A stretch of 48,693 nt of DNA from a bacterium (GCA_046758365.1 JBHIAC010000009.1:1-48693), one strand, 5' to 3'; positions 1 through 9,798 are shown, counted from the first letter of the stretch. Numbers and translations: made by a program. Notes: generated by a model not told the origin, from the letters alone.

Positions 1-5
1 CACAT

Positions 6-79
<74 letters not shown>

Positions 80-108
80 CTAAAAAACATTTTATTAAAC
101 AAGGAGTG

Positions 109-137
109 AAGCCCCGAAATTCGTTGGGGCTTTTTTA
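109..137 (+). terminator. Intrinsic terminator after tRNA
   Basis: AAGCCCC...GGGGCTT hairpin followed by a T run. Confidence 0.85.
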
Positions 138-847
138 TTGATGGGGGTTTTAGTTTTAGACTTTTAATCAATTTTCAAAAATTAAACGATAATTCCTGTA
201 ATGGCTTTAAGTAAGATGGTAAATCCAAAAGCACAATTTTGATTACATTAATTTAATACTTGAATTTCAAAATGAATAGCTTTTTAGGAGTCTCTTTAAT
301 CGTATTCCACTTCAATAATAATTCTGGTCCATTAGTCTGGCTTCAGAATCGTTGCATAACCAAATATATTAAAATCATTAGCAGTGAGTCAAGCGAAATT
401 ATCAAAACACCTATAATGAAAACAGTAAACCGTGGTTCTGCTGTAGATTATTATATTTAATGTGATCATTTTATACTTTGGCCAATGTAATAATTAGGTA
501 ATTTTTTGGAATCTTATGCCAGCCGTTATTAGTTAAATAAAATAGAGATTCTTTGTATTCCTTTTTCATGTTTCTCCCTCCGGGAACCGTCCGCTGTCTA
601 TGCGGGCGGTTCTTATATTTTTTATAAAATACTTGATTCACCGTGTACAGTAGTTAATTACACATTTAATTAACCTGAATAATTTATAACCACAACGACA
701 CAAAGTACACAAAGCCTTAAAAATAAAGAATTACAAAGACAGGCAGAAGTTGAGGTTTAAGATAAGTCAAATTTTTAAATTTATTTTGAAAAATTTTATA
801 ACTTTTTTTCATTTTTAACTGTCTTATAATATAAAGAGTCGGACCTG

Positions 848-1195
848 TTGCTAATTGTCGAATGTGTTAAATCATTTAAAATATCACTTGCCTCGCTGAA
901 CATTCTAACGATTATTAATGATATAAGAACTTTAGAACACGTTCAGATTATAAAATTAAAGATGTTCAAAAGTAAGAGTAAGGATTCAATCCAAATTTCA
1001 AAGAAGATGGGAAATTTTAACTACACTGAAGAGAAGATTCCAATTCAAGCTTATACCTCGTCAGAGGCTTTAAAGAATGAGATAGGAAAAAGAATCATTA
1101 ATCGCCGTAAAACTAATTGGGATATCGTCCAAATTTTTAGTGAAGGTCCTTTTATTTATTTAAAATTCAAACTTAGAATTGAGAATCACTGCTAA
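848..1195 (+). CDS. Hypothetical protein (start uncertain)
   Basis: 115-aa ORF, no recognisable motif, AT-rich region. Confidence 0.3.
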   Translation: MLIVECVKSFKISLASLNILTIINDIRTLEHVQIIKLKMFKSKSKDSIQISKKMGNFNYTEEKIPIQAYTSSEALKNEIGKRIINRRKTNWDIVQIFSEGPFIYLKFKLRIENHC

Positions 1196-1204
1196 AATTC
1201 ATAA

Positions 1205-1588
1205 CTAAAAGAAAATCGAGATGTCCAGTAAGAAACCAAGGTTATTGATATCGAATCATTCGAAGTTTTGACGCAAGTAAAAAGACTGAATGGAGATATC
1301 ACCTCCGCTATGGGGGATTAACATTTTCACACCAGCCAATACTCCGAAGAAGAATGGATTATCACCTGGAGCATATCCACCTTCCAATTGACCACCAATA
1401 AAAGGAACAGTTGTCAAACCACTAATAACAGGAAAATACAACAAGAGAAAACTATCAAGATTTCCAAAGACCTCTTTCTCTTCAAATTTGTTGAAAGAGG
1501 AGCAAGGGATTCTGTTATGAAAGAATTTTATTTTCTTTCTCTTGATAATTTGAAAAATATTTTTATATTCATTATACCAATTCTTCAA
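1205..1588 (-). pseudogene. Probable fragment of an outer-membrane beta-barrel gene with in-frame TGA
   Basis: Reading through TGA at 1256-1258 gives ...YLRQNFE*FDINNLGFLLDISIFF*, with alternating residues and a terminal Phe (beta-signal-like); no signal peptide visible. Confidence 0.4.
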
Positions 1589-1731
1589 AGGCCGTTATTT
1601 TTTAGTTTATGGGATTATTTACTTTGAATTCTGAAATAGAAATTCCTATAAAAAATTTTGGTTAAAATTTAAATGAGTTCTTTGTGATTAATTGTTGCTA
1701 TACCTGAATAATTAATAAGGAGGGATAAAGG

Positions 1732-3003
1732 ATGATTAAATTCGTTCGCTTGGAAGAAGATATTTCACTAGAGGAATTACAGCAGCGGCTTAAGTTGGGT
1801 GAAATAAAAGTTATAAAAAAATATAAGCTTACTAATATATTTAAAATAGAAATACCTGATGTAAAAGAAATGAGCGTTCAATCTTTGAACGCAGCCATAC
1901 AGCCTTTTCATTGTAAAGAAATTTATCACGATTTTGAAGTGCACCACTGTCTGGATATAGCTATTCCGCTGGTAGGGGTGAATTTAGTTTGGCAGCGTCC
2001 GAATAGGGGTGAGGACATGATTATCGGGATTTGCGATACAGGTGTTGATCAAGATCATCCTGATATAGCGGGACGGATTTTGGGCACAATCGATTTCACA
2101 GGTGAGGGAAATTTTGACGGTAATGGCCACGGGACTCATGTGACAACCATTGCGATTGGGAACGGCAGTAAATCCAACGGGCTATACAGCGGCGCCGCAA
2201 CCGAAGCAAAAACGTACATGGCCAAAGGACTCCGCTCCGATGGCAGTGGCAGTGCCTCAAGTATTGCCGATGGTATTGAGTGGCTCTATGAGCAAAATGT
2301 CCATGTCATTTCTTTAAGTTTAGGAGGGACGGCTCAACCAGGCGTCAAAGATATTTTACAAATCATGTGTGAAGCTGCGGTAGATCAAGGCATAGCGGTT
2401 TTTTGTGCCGCGGGCAACAGCGGACCTGATGAACGAACTATCGGTACTCCAGCGGTTTCCACCAAAGTTATTACCATTGGTGCTTCAGATGATAATGACC
2501 AGGTGGCCAATTTTAGTTCCCGTGGTCCGACAGTTGACGGTTATGAAAAACCCGATGTAGTAGCCCCTGGTGTAGGCATTATTGCAGGGCGCGCTAAAAA
2601 CACGAGTCTTGGCCAAATAATTGATGATTTCTATGTTGAATTATCCGGCACCAGTATGGCCACACCTTTGGCTGCTGGAGTGGGGCTTTTGATTATCAAA
2701 GAGTACCAAGTGATTACACCTTTAAACCTAAAGGCTCGTCTTGAAGGGTATGCCAAGGATTTGGGTACTGGGAACGACAACATTGAAGGTGAAGGTAGAA
2801 TTCAAGCTCTTGACTCTATTGTTGGTACCCAACCAAAGCCCGAACCAGAAGTGCCTATTGCAGAGCCTCAGCCCGGCTGTTTTTTGACCAAACTAATTGG
2901 AGGAGGATCCAGCTTTTTACCAGTATTCCGTTTTATACGTGATGAATTTTTAGCTCCTACATCTTTGGGACGTAAGTTAATAAAATTTTATTATTCCTGG
3001 TAA
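1732..3003 (+). CDS. S8 subtilisin-like serine protease with C-terminal CFI-box-CTERM-like domain
   Basis: Triad motifs ICDTG, NGHGTHV, SGTSMATP; AAGN oxyanion motif; Pro/Glu linker then GCF...RFIRDEFL...GRKLIKFYY; SD AAGGAGG. Confidence 0.93.
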   Translation: MIKFVRLEEDISLEELQQRLKLGEIKVIKKYKLTNIFKIEIPDVKEMSVQSLNAAIQPFHCKEIYHDFEVHHCLDIAIPLVGVNLVWQRPNRGEDMIIGICDTGVDQDHPDIAGRILGTIDFTGEGNFDGNGHGTHVTTIAIGNGSKSNGLYSGAATEAKTYMAKGLRSDGSGSASSIADGIEWLYEQNVHVISLSLGGTAQPGVKDILQIMCEAAVDQGIAVFCAAGNSGPDERTIGTPAVSTKVITIGASDDNDQVANFSSRGPTVDGYEKPDVVAPGVGIIAGRAKNTSLGQIIDDFYVELSGTSMATPLAAGVGLLIIKEYQVITPLNLKARLEGYAKDLGTGNDNIEGEGRIQALDSIVGTQPKPEPEVPIAEPQPGCFLTKLIGGGSSFLPVFRFIRDEFLAPTSLGRKLIKFYYSW

Positions 3004-3136
3004 ATGAACAATATCTTTGGCTCAGGTCTTTAATACCAGCAGTAAAAACATTCTTTATTGATTAGAGTGAAAGAATATTAAAAAATAATTGAAAGTTGCA
3101 ATTGGAATAATTAAAATTAGAAAGGAGGTATAATTG

Positions 3137-3427
3137 ATGATTAAAGAAATAAAACCTTTAGGGAATCGCATATTAGTTAAAAGATTGGAAAAAGAAGAAC
3201 AAAAAGCAGGCAACATAGTTATTCCAGATACAGCAAAGGAAAAACCGCAAAAAGGCGAAGTCATCGCTGTAGGTACTGGAAAAATTGACAAAAGCGGTAA
3301 AAGAATTCCCCTCTCAGTTAAAAAAGGCGACAAAGTGCTTTTTGGAAAATATGCCGGTGATGAATGGAAAATGGGAGATGAGGAATATCTATTTCTCAGT
3401 GATGATGAGATTTTAGCGATTATTTGA
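3137..3427 (+). CDS. groES: Co-chaperonin GroES
   Basis: IKPLGNRILV, IVIPDTAKEKPQKGEVIAVG, GDKVLFGKY; SD AAGGAGG. Confidence 0.97.
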   Translation: MIKEIKPLGNRILVKRLEKEEQKAGNIVIPDTAKEKPQKGEVIAVGTGKIDKSGKRIPLSVKKGDKVLFGKYAGDEWKMGDEEYLFLSDDEILAII

Positions 3428-3455
3428 AAGCTTTTTAAAAGGCAAAAATTCATAG

Positions 3456-3490
3456 GCAAGGCAAAGAAATTTTGCCTTGCTTTTTATTTT
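3456..3490 (+). terminator. Intrinsic terminator after groES
   Basis: GCAAGGCAAA/TTTGCCTTGC perfect stem plus T tract. Confidence 0.9.
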
Positions 3491-3569
3491 TAATAGAAAT
3501 ATATTAAACTTTTAGTAAATGTAAGGTGTCTCCTGATATAAAAATAAGGGTAGTTGATTAATCAATTAT

Positions 3570-3714
3570 GAGTATACTACAAAAAGCTGACCTTCTCTTA
3601 ATTTTTATCAAAATATTGGTTTTCATATCTGTATGTAAATCTTTAATAACCAACGCTCTTTTTATCAGTTAAGAAGGTCAGCTTTTGGATCAATCACCTT
3701 TTTGCAGTTCACTC
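3570..3714. mobile_element. MITE-like element, family B copy 1
   Basis: Imperfect 17-bp TIRs (GAGTATACTACAAAAAG / CTTTTTGCAGTTCACTC), flanking direct repeat AATTAT, internal IR AAAAGCTGACCTTCT/AGAAGGTCAGCTTTT; related copy at 44047-44188. Confidence 0.75.
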
Positions 3715-3840
3715 AATTATGAATTTCAAAGAGTTGCAGTATTATAAAAAGCCTGTCGATAAAATTGAATAAAGTAAGATGTGTTGGGAACTTCCGAAAG
3801 TATTTGATGTAAAAAAATCGAAACAAATATACTGCTTAAT

Positions 3841-4629
3841 ATGGAGTTGAATTTCATGAATTTTTATTTGAATGTGTCTTTTTCTATCCAATCCCTCCTT
3901 CAACCGGAAACTCTCACACAAAATGTTTGGGATTTAGTTTTAAATGCGGGAATTGTAGCCAAGGTAGTATTAGCCATTCTCCTGCTCTTCTCAGTTGTTT
4001 CTTGGGCTATTATTTTAGAAAAGTTTCGAGTCTTTAAACGCCTTCGAAAAGAATCGGAAGAATTTTTATTACTTTTCCGTAAACACAAAGGTACACGAGA
4101 AATTCTTCAGGCTGGCAGAAAATTTCCAACTAATCCTTTTGTTGTGGTTTTTAAGGAAGCCTATTGGTTGATGAATAAAGAAGAAGCCACCTACGAGAGT
4201 TCTTCCATGGCTGGAACCGTTGAAATTATGCGGGAGCAACGGACAAAGAAAACTTACTCGTCTGAAGATTTTGTACGACTATTTGACTCTGTTGTAAGTC
4301 GTGAAGTATTGGGCCTGGAAAAATATCTGGTATTTTTAGCAACCACAGGGAGTGTCAGCCCTTTCTTTGGTTTGTTTGGAACAGTCTGGGGAGTTATGAG
4401 TGCCTTCATGGCTATAGGTTACACTGGTTCGGCAGACCTAAGTGTAGTAGCCCCGGGTATAGCCGAAGCATTAATTACTACCGTGGCTGGTTTAGGAGCC
4501 GCGATTCCCGCAGTGATTGCGTATAACTATTTTGTCAATAAATTAAAAAGACTAAGTTCAGAATTAGAAATTTTTTATTCAGACCTTATTGAGGCTTTTA
4601 CAAAAAAGGAGGTTCATGAAGTCCGGTAA
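3841..4629 (+). CDS. tolQ: TolQ (MotA/TolQ/ExbB family)
   Basis: LATTGSVSPFFGLFGTVWGVM, APGIAEALITTVAGL; tol-pal context; start may be downstream. Confidence 0.92.
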   Translation: MELNFMNFYLNVSFSIQSLLQPETLTQNVWDLVLNAGIVAKVVLAILLLFSVVSWAIILEKFRVFKRLRKESEEFLLLFRKHKGTREILQAGRKFPTNPFVVVFKEAYWLMNKEEATYESSSMAGTVEIMREQRTKKTYSSEDFVRLFDSVVSREVLGLEKYLVFLATTGSVSPFFGLFGTVWGVMSAFMAIGYTGSADLSVVAPGIAEALITTVAGLGAAIPAVIAYNYFVNKLKRLSSELEIFYSDLIEAFTKKEVHEVR

Positions 4630-5014
4630 ATATACCAATCTTTCCGAAATAAATGTTACTTCTTTGGTCGATGTCACCCTTGTTTTACTTATTGTATTTA
4701 TGATTACCGCACCACTTCTCAGATCAGGCATGCAGGTTCAATTGCCACAGGCCGCTGCCAAAGAAATTGATCCTGGAAAGGCGATTGTTTTAACTGTAAC
4801 AAGGGAAGGCCGACTTTACTGGGACAAAGAGAGAATTTCACTTCAAGTCCTTCGTGATCGATTGGAAAAAAGGAAAGCCTCTGGTAGATTAAAACCAGTT
4901 CTACTTCAAGGAGATAAAGAAGTGGCCTACGGTAAAGTCATTGAAGTCATGGATGTTATTAAGGGATTAGAAATAGAAAAATTGGGATTGGTCTTAAAGC
5001 CACGAAAGCGTTGA
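4616..5014 (+). CDS. tolR: TolR/ExbD family protein
   Basis: SEINVTSLVDVTLVLLIVFMITAP, GDKEVAYGKV; ATG 4616 preceded by AAGGAGG. Confidence 0.92.
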   Translation: MKSGKYTNLSEINVTSLVDVTLVLLIVFMITAPLLRSGMQVQLPQAAAKEIDPGKAIVLTVTREGRLYWDKERISLQVLRDRLEKRKASGRLKPVLLQGDKEVAYGKVIEVMDVIKGLEIEKLGLVLKPRKR

Positions 5015-5034
5015 ATTTGCAATTCAATGGATAA

Positions 5035-5670
5035 ATGAAAAAAGTAATTTTATTCGTTTCCTTTCTTTCAATCTACTGCATTTCAGTAGAAGGATTTTCA
5101 CAGTCAAAACTCAATTACGAAATTAGCAGTGGCTATATTTCTAATCTCACTAATAAAAATGTGTTGGGTAATTGGGATCATGGATGGCTGTTTGGTTTCG
5201 TAATTTCATATAGTTTAACTCCCAGTATAAAACTTTTAGCAAATGTTTCTTATCAAAATTTGTCTTACGTTGGTGGCAATATAAACATTAATTATCCTGA
5301 TGATGAGGGTTTTCGAACTAATATTGAAGGCGAAAGTACAAATGTAACTGAATTATCTCTTGCCACTAGATTTGTTAATAATGACAATTTTATTAAACCA
5401 TACTTAACTTTACGTGGTGGCTTATTTATTACGGATATTGGTAAAATTTTAGTCGAGGACTGGTGGGAGGATAATCCAGGAAAAAAATATATTACTATTT
5501 ATCCGGGTAGTGGTATGCTTGTAAAGGAGGGCTTTGCATCTTTAGGTTTTGGAGTAATTATTCCTCTAACGTTAAATATAAATTTGATCTTAGAAAGTAG
5601 ACTCGTAAGTACATTTACTACAAATAATGATCTTGTACCTATTACTTCGTCAATTCAATTTAACTTTTAA
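5035..5670 (+). CDS. Outer-membrane beta-barrel protein
   Basis: Signal peptide, amphipathic strands, KPYLTLRGG, terminal SIQFNF. Confidence 0.75.
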   Translation: MKKVILFVSFLSIYCISVEGFSQSKLNYEISSGYISNLTNKNVLGNWDHGWLFGFVISYSLTPSIKLLANVSYQNLSYVGGNININYPDDEGFRTNIEGESTNVTELSLATRFVNNDNFIKPYLTLRGGLFITDIGKILVEDWWEDNPGKKYITIYPGSGMLVKEGFASLGFGVIIPLTLNINLILESRLVSTFTTNNDLVPITSSIQFNF

Positions 5671-5720
5671 CATTTTTGTCAAGAAATTGGTATTTTTTTT
5701 GGAATCAAAGTAGCGTTTGC

Positions 5721-5819
5721 ATCTAACGCGTTGGACTTGTTGTTTTTCAAAATTATTTGTGTTTAATTAAACCTTGTGCTAAATGCCTCTGGCGCAGATA
5801 AAGCGCAAGATAGTTAAGT
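5721..5819 (+). other. Degenerate attC-like site
   Basis: RYYYAAC (ATCTAAC, 5721) ... GTTRRRY (GTTAAGT, 5813), with GCGCAGATAAAGCGC as possible inner box; lies between two accessory genes. Confidence 0.4.
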
Positions 5820-5848
5820 CGATAATTTAAGTTTAGAGGTGACCAGCC

Positions 5849-6058
5849 ATGAAAATTTACACTGCCGTTATTGAACAATGTCCTGAAACTAGTTTATACG
5901 TAGGGTATGTGCCTGGATTCCCTGGGGCACATTCTCAAGGAGAAACGCTGGACGAACTAAACCAGAATCTTAAGCAAGTAATAGAGATGCTTCTTGAGGA
6001 CGGTGAACCACATTTAGAAAGTGAATTTGTTGGCACACAGAATGTAGTAGTCAGTTGA
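5849..6058 (+). CDS. hicB: HicB-family antitoxin (short)
   Basis: YVGYVPGFPGAHSQGETLDELNQNLKQVIEMLLE. Confidence 0.9.
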   Translation: MKIYTAVIEQCPETSLYVGYVPGFPGAHSQGETLDELNQNLKQVIEMLLEDGEPHLESEFVGTQNVVVS

Positions 6059-6288
6059 ACGTGGGCAAGATTCCAGTTCTCAAACCGCGTGAAGTCACCT
6101 TAATACTCAAAGCATTAGGGTTCAGAGAAGTTCGTCAACGTGGCTCGCATAAGCAGTATCAGCATCCAGACGGAAGGCGTACTACCGTACCATTTCATCA
6201 GGGTAGGGATATTTCCCCAATTTTGTTACGTAAGATTGCTAAAGATATTAGTATGACGATAGAAGGATTCTTGAAAGTAAAGAAATAA
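6055..6288 (+). CDS. hicA: HicA-family mRNA interferase toxin
   Basis: LGFREVRQRGSHKQYQHPDGRRTTVPFH; overlaps hicB stop; start may be GTG 6061. Confidence 0.92.
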   Translation: MNVGKIPVLKPREVTLILKALGFREVRQRGSHKQYQHPDGRRTTVPFHQGRDISPILLRKIAKDISMTIEGFLKVKK

Positions 6289-6305
6289 AGGCCTAACAAT
6301 AAAAA

Positions 6306-6941
6306 ATGAAATTAAATTTGCTGTTTTCTTTTTCGCTACATGTTATACTTTTTTTAGCTCTTTTTATAAGTAAGCCTGGAATTCGCAAATGGGAAGGCTA
6401 CCCGACAGTAATTCCAGTTGAGTTAGTTAGAATAGAGCCCGTTTCCTATAAAGCCCCAGAAGTTGAAAAGATTCAACCACGTAGGCAAGAAATTAAACCC
6501 AAACCCAAAAAGCTTGAGGGGATCACTTTAGAAAAAAAGAAGTTAAAGAAAGAAGAACCTATAGAACAGCCAAAAGAAACTGAAATTACTAAAGAAAAAA
6601 CCGAGGGGAAGTCAGTCGCTGGCGGTGAAAGTGTTCGCTTGGATGTTAAGGAATTTCCATTTTCATATTATTTAGCACTGCTGCAATCAAAAATTCAAAA
6701 CAACTGGGAACCGCCTCATTATGCAACCAGGACATCGCTTTCCAAAAAGACGATATTATATTTTAAAATTCAAAGGAGTGGGCGTATTACAGATTTATTG
6801 ATTGAAAAAAAATCAGGTGATTATCTGTTTGACCAAGCAGCCCTACGGGCGGTTAGCCTTGCAAATCCTCTTCCTCCTCTGCCATTTGATTTCCCAGAAA
6901 GAGAATTAGGAGTACACTTTGAATTTGAACAGGGGCCCTAA
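6306..6941 (+). CDS. TolA/TonB-family energy transducer
   Basis: N-terminal TM with S-x3-H, Lys/Pro/Glu linker, C-terminal KSGDYLFDQAALRAV...PLPPLP. Confidence 0.88.
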   Translation: MKLNLLFSFSLHVILFLALFISKPGIRKWEGYPTVIPVELVRIEPVSYKAPEVEKIQPRRQEIKPKPKKLEGITLEKKKLKKEEPIEQPKETEITKEKTEGKSVAGGESVRLDVKEFPFSYYLALLQSKIQNNWEPPHYATRTSLSKKTILYFKIQRSGRITDLLIEKKSGDYLFDQAALRAVSLANPLPPLPFDFPERELGVHFEFEQGP

Positions 6942-6945
6942 GATC

Positions 6946-8250
6946 ATGTTTAATTTCAAGACTAAGTTTATTTTTTCCATAGAGATTCTCTTGTTATGCA
7001 CCTCCACTTTATATGCCCAAACGGATGTATTTCTAAAAATATATACCAAGACTTTTCAGAGAATGGAAATAGATTTATATCCCTTTATTGGAGAGAACAC
7101 GGATAACAATTCCGATGCAATATCAGAATTAATTACAGAAGTCTTAAGCAATGACCTGTGGATGTCTGGATTTTTTAAAGTAAACATAAAATCGGGCACA
7201 CCTCAAGAGAGTGTTAATGAATTAAAGGAAAGAGCTGAAGACAGTTTAAATGCTCTTGCCTGGATCACAGGAGGATTTCGCTTCCACAATAACAAAATTA
7301 AAATCCGGCCTCACGTGATCGATGGTGCTTCAGGTAAAACGATTATTCGAAAAGATTTCACGGATATTTTTGGAAAAGAACGATATATTGTTCATAGAAT
7401 TGCGGACGACATTGTTTACAGTTTAACTGGGGAGAAAGGTGTGGCTGAATCCAAAACTGCTTTTGTGCATCAAAAAAAGGATGGAACCAAAGAAATTTCT
7501 GTGATGGATTACGACGGTTATTATGCCAAAGACATTACTGATGATAAAAGCATCAACCTCTCGCCAGCCTGGTCACCTGATGGAAGTAAAATATGTTATA
7601 CCTCCTATAAAGATGGGAATCCAAATCTTTATATTTTAAATTTTCGTACTGGTAGCCAGTCTCTTCTTTCAAATCTTCAAGGCTTAAACTCGGCTCCAGC
7701 TTGGTCTCCAGATGGCAGCCAAATTGCCTTGACTCTTACGAAAGATGGTAATGCTGAGATTTACATTTTAAATTTAGAAAAGAAAAAGTTAAGACGCTTA
7801 ACATTCAACCGATCCATCGATTCTTCACCAACTTGGTCTCCTTCTGCCCGTGAAATTGCTTTTACTTCGGATCGCTCAGGTTCACCCCAAATTTACATTA
7901 TGGATTCCGATGGAGTGAATGTACGACGTTTGACCTTTGAAGGGAGTTACAACGCTTCTCCTAACTGGTCGCCACGGGGAGATAAAATTGCTTATGTATC
8001 CAGAACTAAATCTGGTTTTGATATCTTCACCATAGATGTAACAGGTGAGAATATAATGCGGTTAACGCAGAACTTAGGTAGTAACGAAAATCCTTCCTGG
8101 TCACCCAATGGATTTGCTTTGATTTTTAGTTCTACCCGCTCCGGCAAAAAGAAACTTTATTCTATGTTCTGGGATGGCTCAGATCAAAAAAGAATAACTT
8201 CAGGTGGGGTCAATTATTCTCCCGCCTGGTCTCCTCGAATTAATTACTAA
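6946..8250 (+). CDS. tolB: Tol-Pal beta-propeller protein TolB
   Basis: HRIADDIVYSLTGEKG and multiple SPAWSPDG repeats. Confidence 0.95.
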   Translation: MFNFKTKFIFSIEILLLCTSTLYAQTDVFLKIYTKTFQRMEIDLYPFIGENTDNNSDAISELITEVLSNDLWMSGFFKVNIKSGTPQESVNELKERAEDSLNALAWITGGFRFHNNKIKIRPHVIDGASGKTIIRKDFTDIFGKERYIVHRIADDIVYSLTGEKGVAESKTAFVHQKKDGTKEISVMDYDGYYAKDITDDKSINLSPAWSPDGSKICYTSYKDGNPNLYILNFRTGSQSLLSNLQGLNSAPAWSPDGSQIALTLTKDGNAEIYILNLEKKKLRRLTFNRSIDSSPTWSPSAREIAFTSDRSGSPQIYIMDSDGVNVRRLTFEGSYNASPNWSPRGDKIAYVSRTKSGFDIFTIDVTGENIMRLTQNLGSNENPSWSPNGFALIFSSTRSGKKKLYSMFWDGSDQKRITSGGVNYSPAWSPRINY

Positions 8251-8284
8251 AAATGATTTGTTAATTTCATAAAGGAGAGTCAGG

Positions 8285-8827
8285 ATGCGAAAAAAAATTA
8301 GATTGATTGTAGCGGCTGCTATTTTGGTGACATTCGTTTTCACTGTGGGATGTGGTGGGGAAAAGGAAACCGTAAGATATGAACCACCGGAATTAGCAGA
8401 GCCGGAACCCGTTGAGGAGTCACCAGAGACGGCGTTAGAACTCGAACAACCAGAAAGTCCAATCCAGAAAGAACTCCCTGAAAAGGTGTCAGTCTATTTG
8501 GAGATGATTCATTTTGATTTTGATAAATCAGATTTGACCCCCGAAGCTAAATCAATTCTTGCCCAAAATGCCATTAGGCTTGAAGATAATCCAGAATTAT
8601 ATATCCGAATCGAAGGTCACTGTGATGAGCGAGGTACAGTAGAATACAATTTAGCTTTAGGAGAACGTAGAGCCATCTCCGCAAGAAATTATTTAATCAG
8701 TTATGGAATAAAGCCTAACCGAATCACTATCATTAGTTATGGTAAAGAAAAACCTTTAGATGCAAGACATAATCTGGAGGCTTGGGCCAAAAATAGAAGG
8801 GCAGAATTCATAATTTTAAATCAATAA
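8285..8827 (+). CDS. pal: Peptidoglycan-associated lipoprotein Pal
   Basis: Lipobox TVGC; IHFDFDKS, IEGHCDERGTVEYNLALGERRA, KNRRAEF. Confidence 0.96.
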   Translation: MRKKIRLIVAAAILVTFVFTVGCGGEKETVRYEPPELAEPEPVEESPETALELEQPESPIQKELPEKVSVYLEMIHFDFDKSDLTPEAKSILAQNAIRLEDNPELYIRIEGHCDERGTVEYNLALGERRAISARNYLISYGIKPNRITIISYGKEKPLDARHNLEAWAKNRRAEFIILNQ

Positions 8828-8837
8828 TAGGGAAAAA

Positions 8838-9707
8838 ATGGACAAAGGAAATATCATAAATAATAGGTTCTTACTTCTTATATCTTTTTCCAAAAGATAT
8901 TTCAATCATCCTGTTAAACTACTTCTGTTTAGTTTAATTTTGCTTTTTACCCAAGAAATATTTACGGGTTGTGCTTCACAAAGGCGCATTAGTTCAACTC
9001 AAATTGAAATGGATAATTTGAGACGTGAATTAAAATTTCTCAAGGATCAGAATTCTCAACTTCGAAGAGAATTGGATGAAATAAAAAGACAATTATCTGA
9101 ACAAGAGTTAAAAATTCGTCAAGATAGGGCTGATTTAACCACACAATTTGAAGAACTCAGTCAACAAGTAGAGGTAGTACGAAATCAGTTAAAAGACACC
9201 AATTATAGAATTTCTTCTTTAATTCAAAGATTAGGTCCTGGCCAACCTTTTGAATCTGAAACGGATCTTATACCAACAGATATAGATACCGTGGCTTCAA
9301 CAGAATCAACCAAGCAGCCTTCAGTTGGAGTAGACGAATCGAGAGAACTATATAATACAGCTTATCGTGATTTGATTCGAGGAAATTACCAATTGGCCCT
9401 CCATGGATTTCGGCAATTTATCCAACAATTTCCAAATTCAGATTTAACTGATAATGCCCAATATTGGATTGGAGAAGTTTATTACGCACAGGGACGATAT
9501 TCAAAATCAATAGAAGAATTTGAAAAGGTGGTCAAATTGTACTCTAATGGAGCCAAAGTTCCATCCGCACTTTTAAAAATTGGTTATGCCTATATTAGTA
9601 TGAATGAACAGGAACAAGGTAAACTCTATTTAGAGGAAGTAATTAATGATTATCCTGATTCTGAAGAAGCTAATCTAGCCAAAGGAAGATTGGCGACTAT
9701 GAAATAG
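8838..9707 (+). CDS. cpoB: CpoB/YbgF tol-pal coordinator (coiled coil plus TPR)
   Basis: Follows pal; coiled coil; FPNSDLTDNAQYWIGEVYY; possible lipobox FTGC. Confidence 0.9.
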   Translation: MDKGNIINNRFLLLISFSKRYFNHPVKLLLFSLILLFTQEIFTGCASQRRISSTQIEMDNLRRELKFLKDQNSQLRRELDEIKRQLSEQELKIRQDRADLTTQFEELSQQVEVVRNQLKDTNYRISSLIQRLGPGQPFESETDLIPTDIDTVASTESTKQPSVGVDESRELYNTAYRDLIRGNYQLALHGFRQFIQQFPNSDLTDNAQYWIGEVYYAQGRYSKSIEEFEKVVKLYSNGAKVPSALLKIGYAYISMNEQEQGKLYLEEVINDYPDSEEANLAKGRLATMK

Positions 9708-9798
9708 TATTTGATTTAAAGATTAAATTTGATTAAATTCTCACCAGAATTTTAGAGTTATTATGATGATTAAAATAACATTTAAATGTGAGGCAGAA

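Noticed and set aside
689..714. ACACAAAG direct repeats as one end of a repeat element
   Set aside because: No nearby inverted partner; only a short distant CTTTGTG near 1680.
1256..1258. Selenocysteine or alternative-code readthrough of TGA
   Set aside because: TGA ends many clear genes here (groES, tolR, trpE, trpA), and no SECIS-like hairpin or redox context is evident.
3055..3459. 134-aa antisense ORF over groES, and the many other short ORFs overlapping clear genes
   Set aside because: Shadow frames of well-supported genes, with no motifs.
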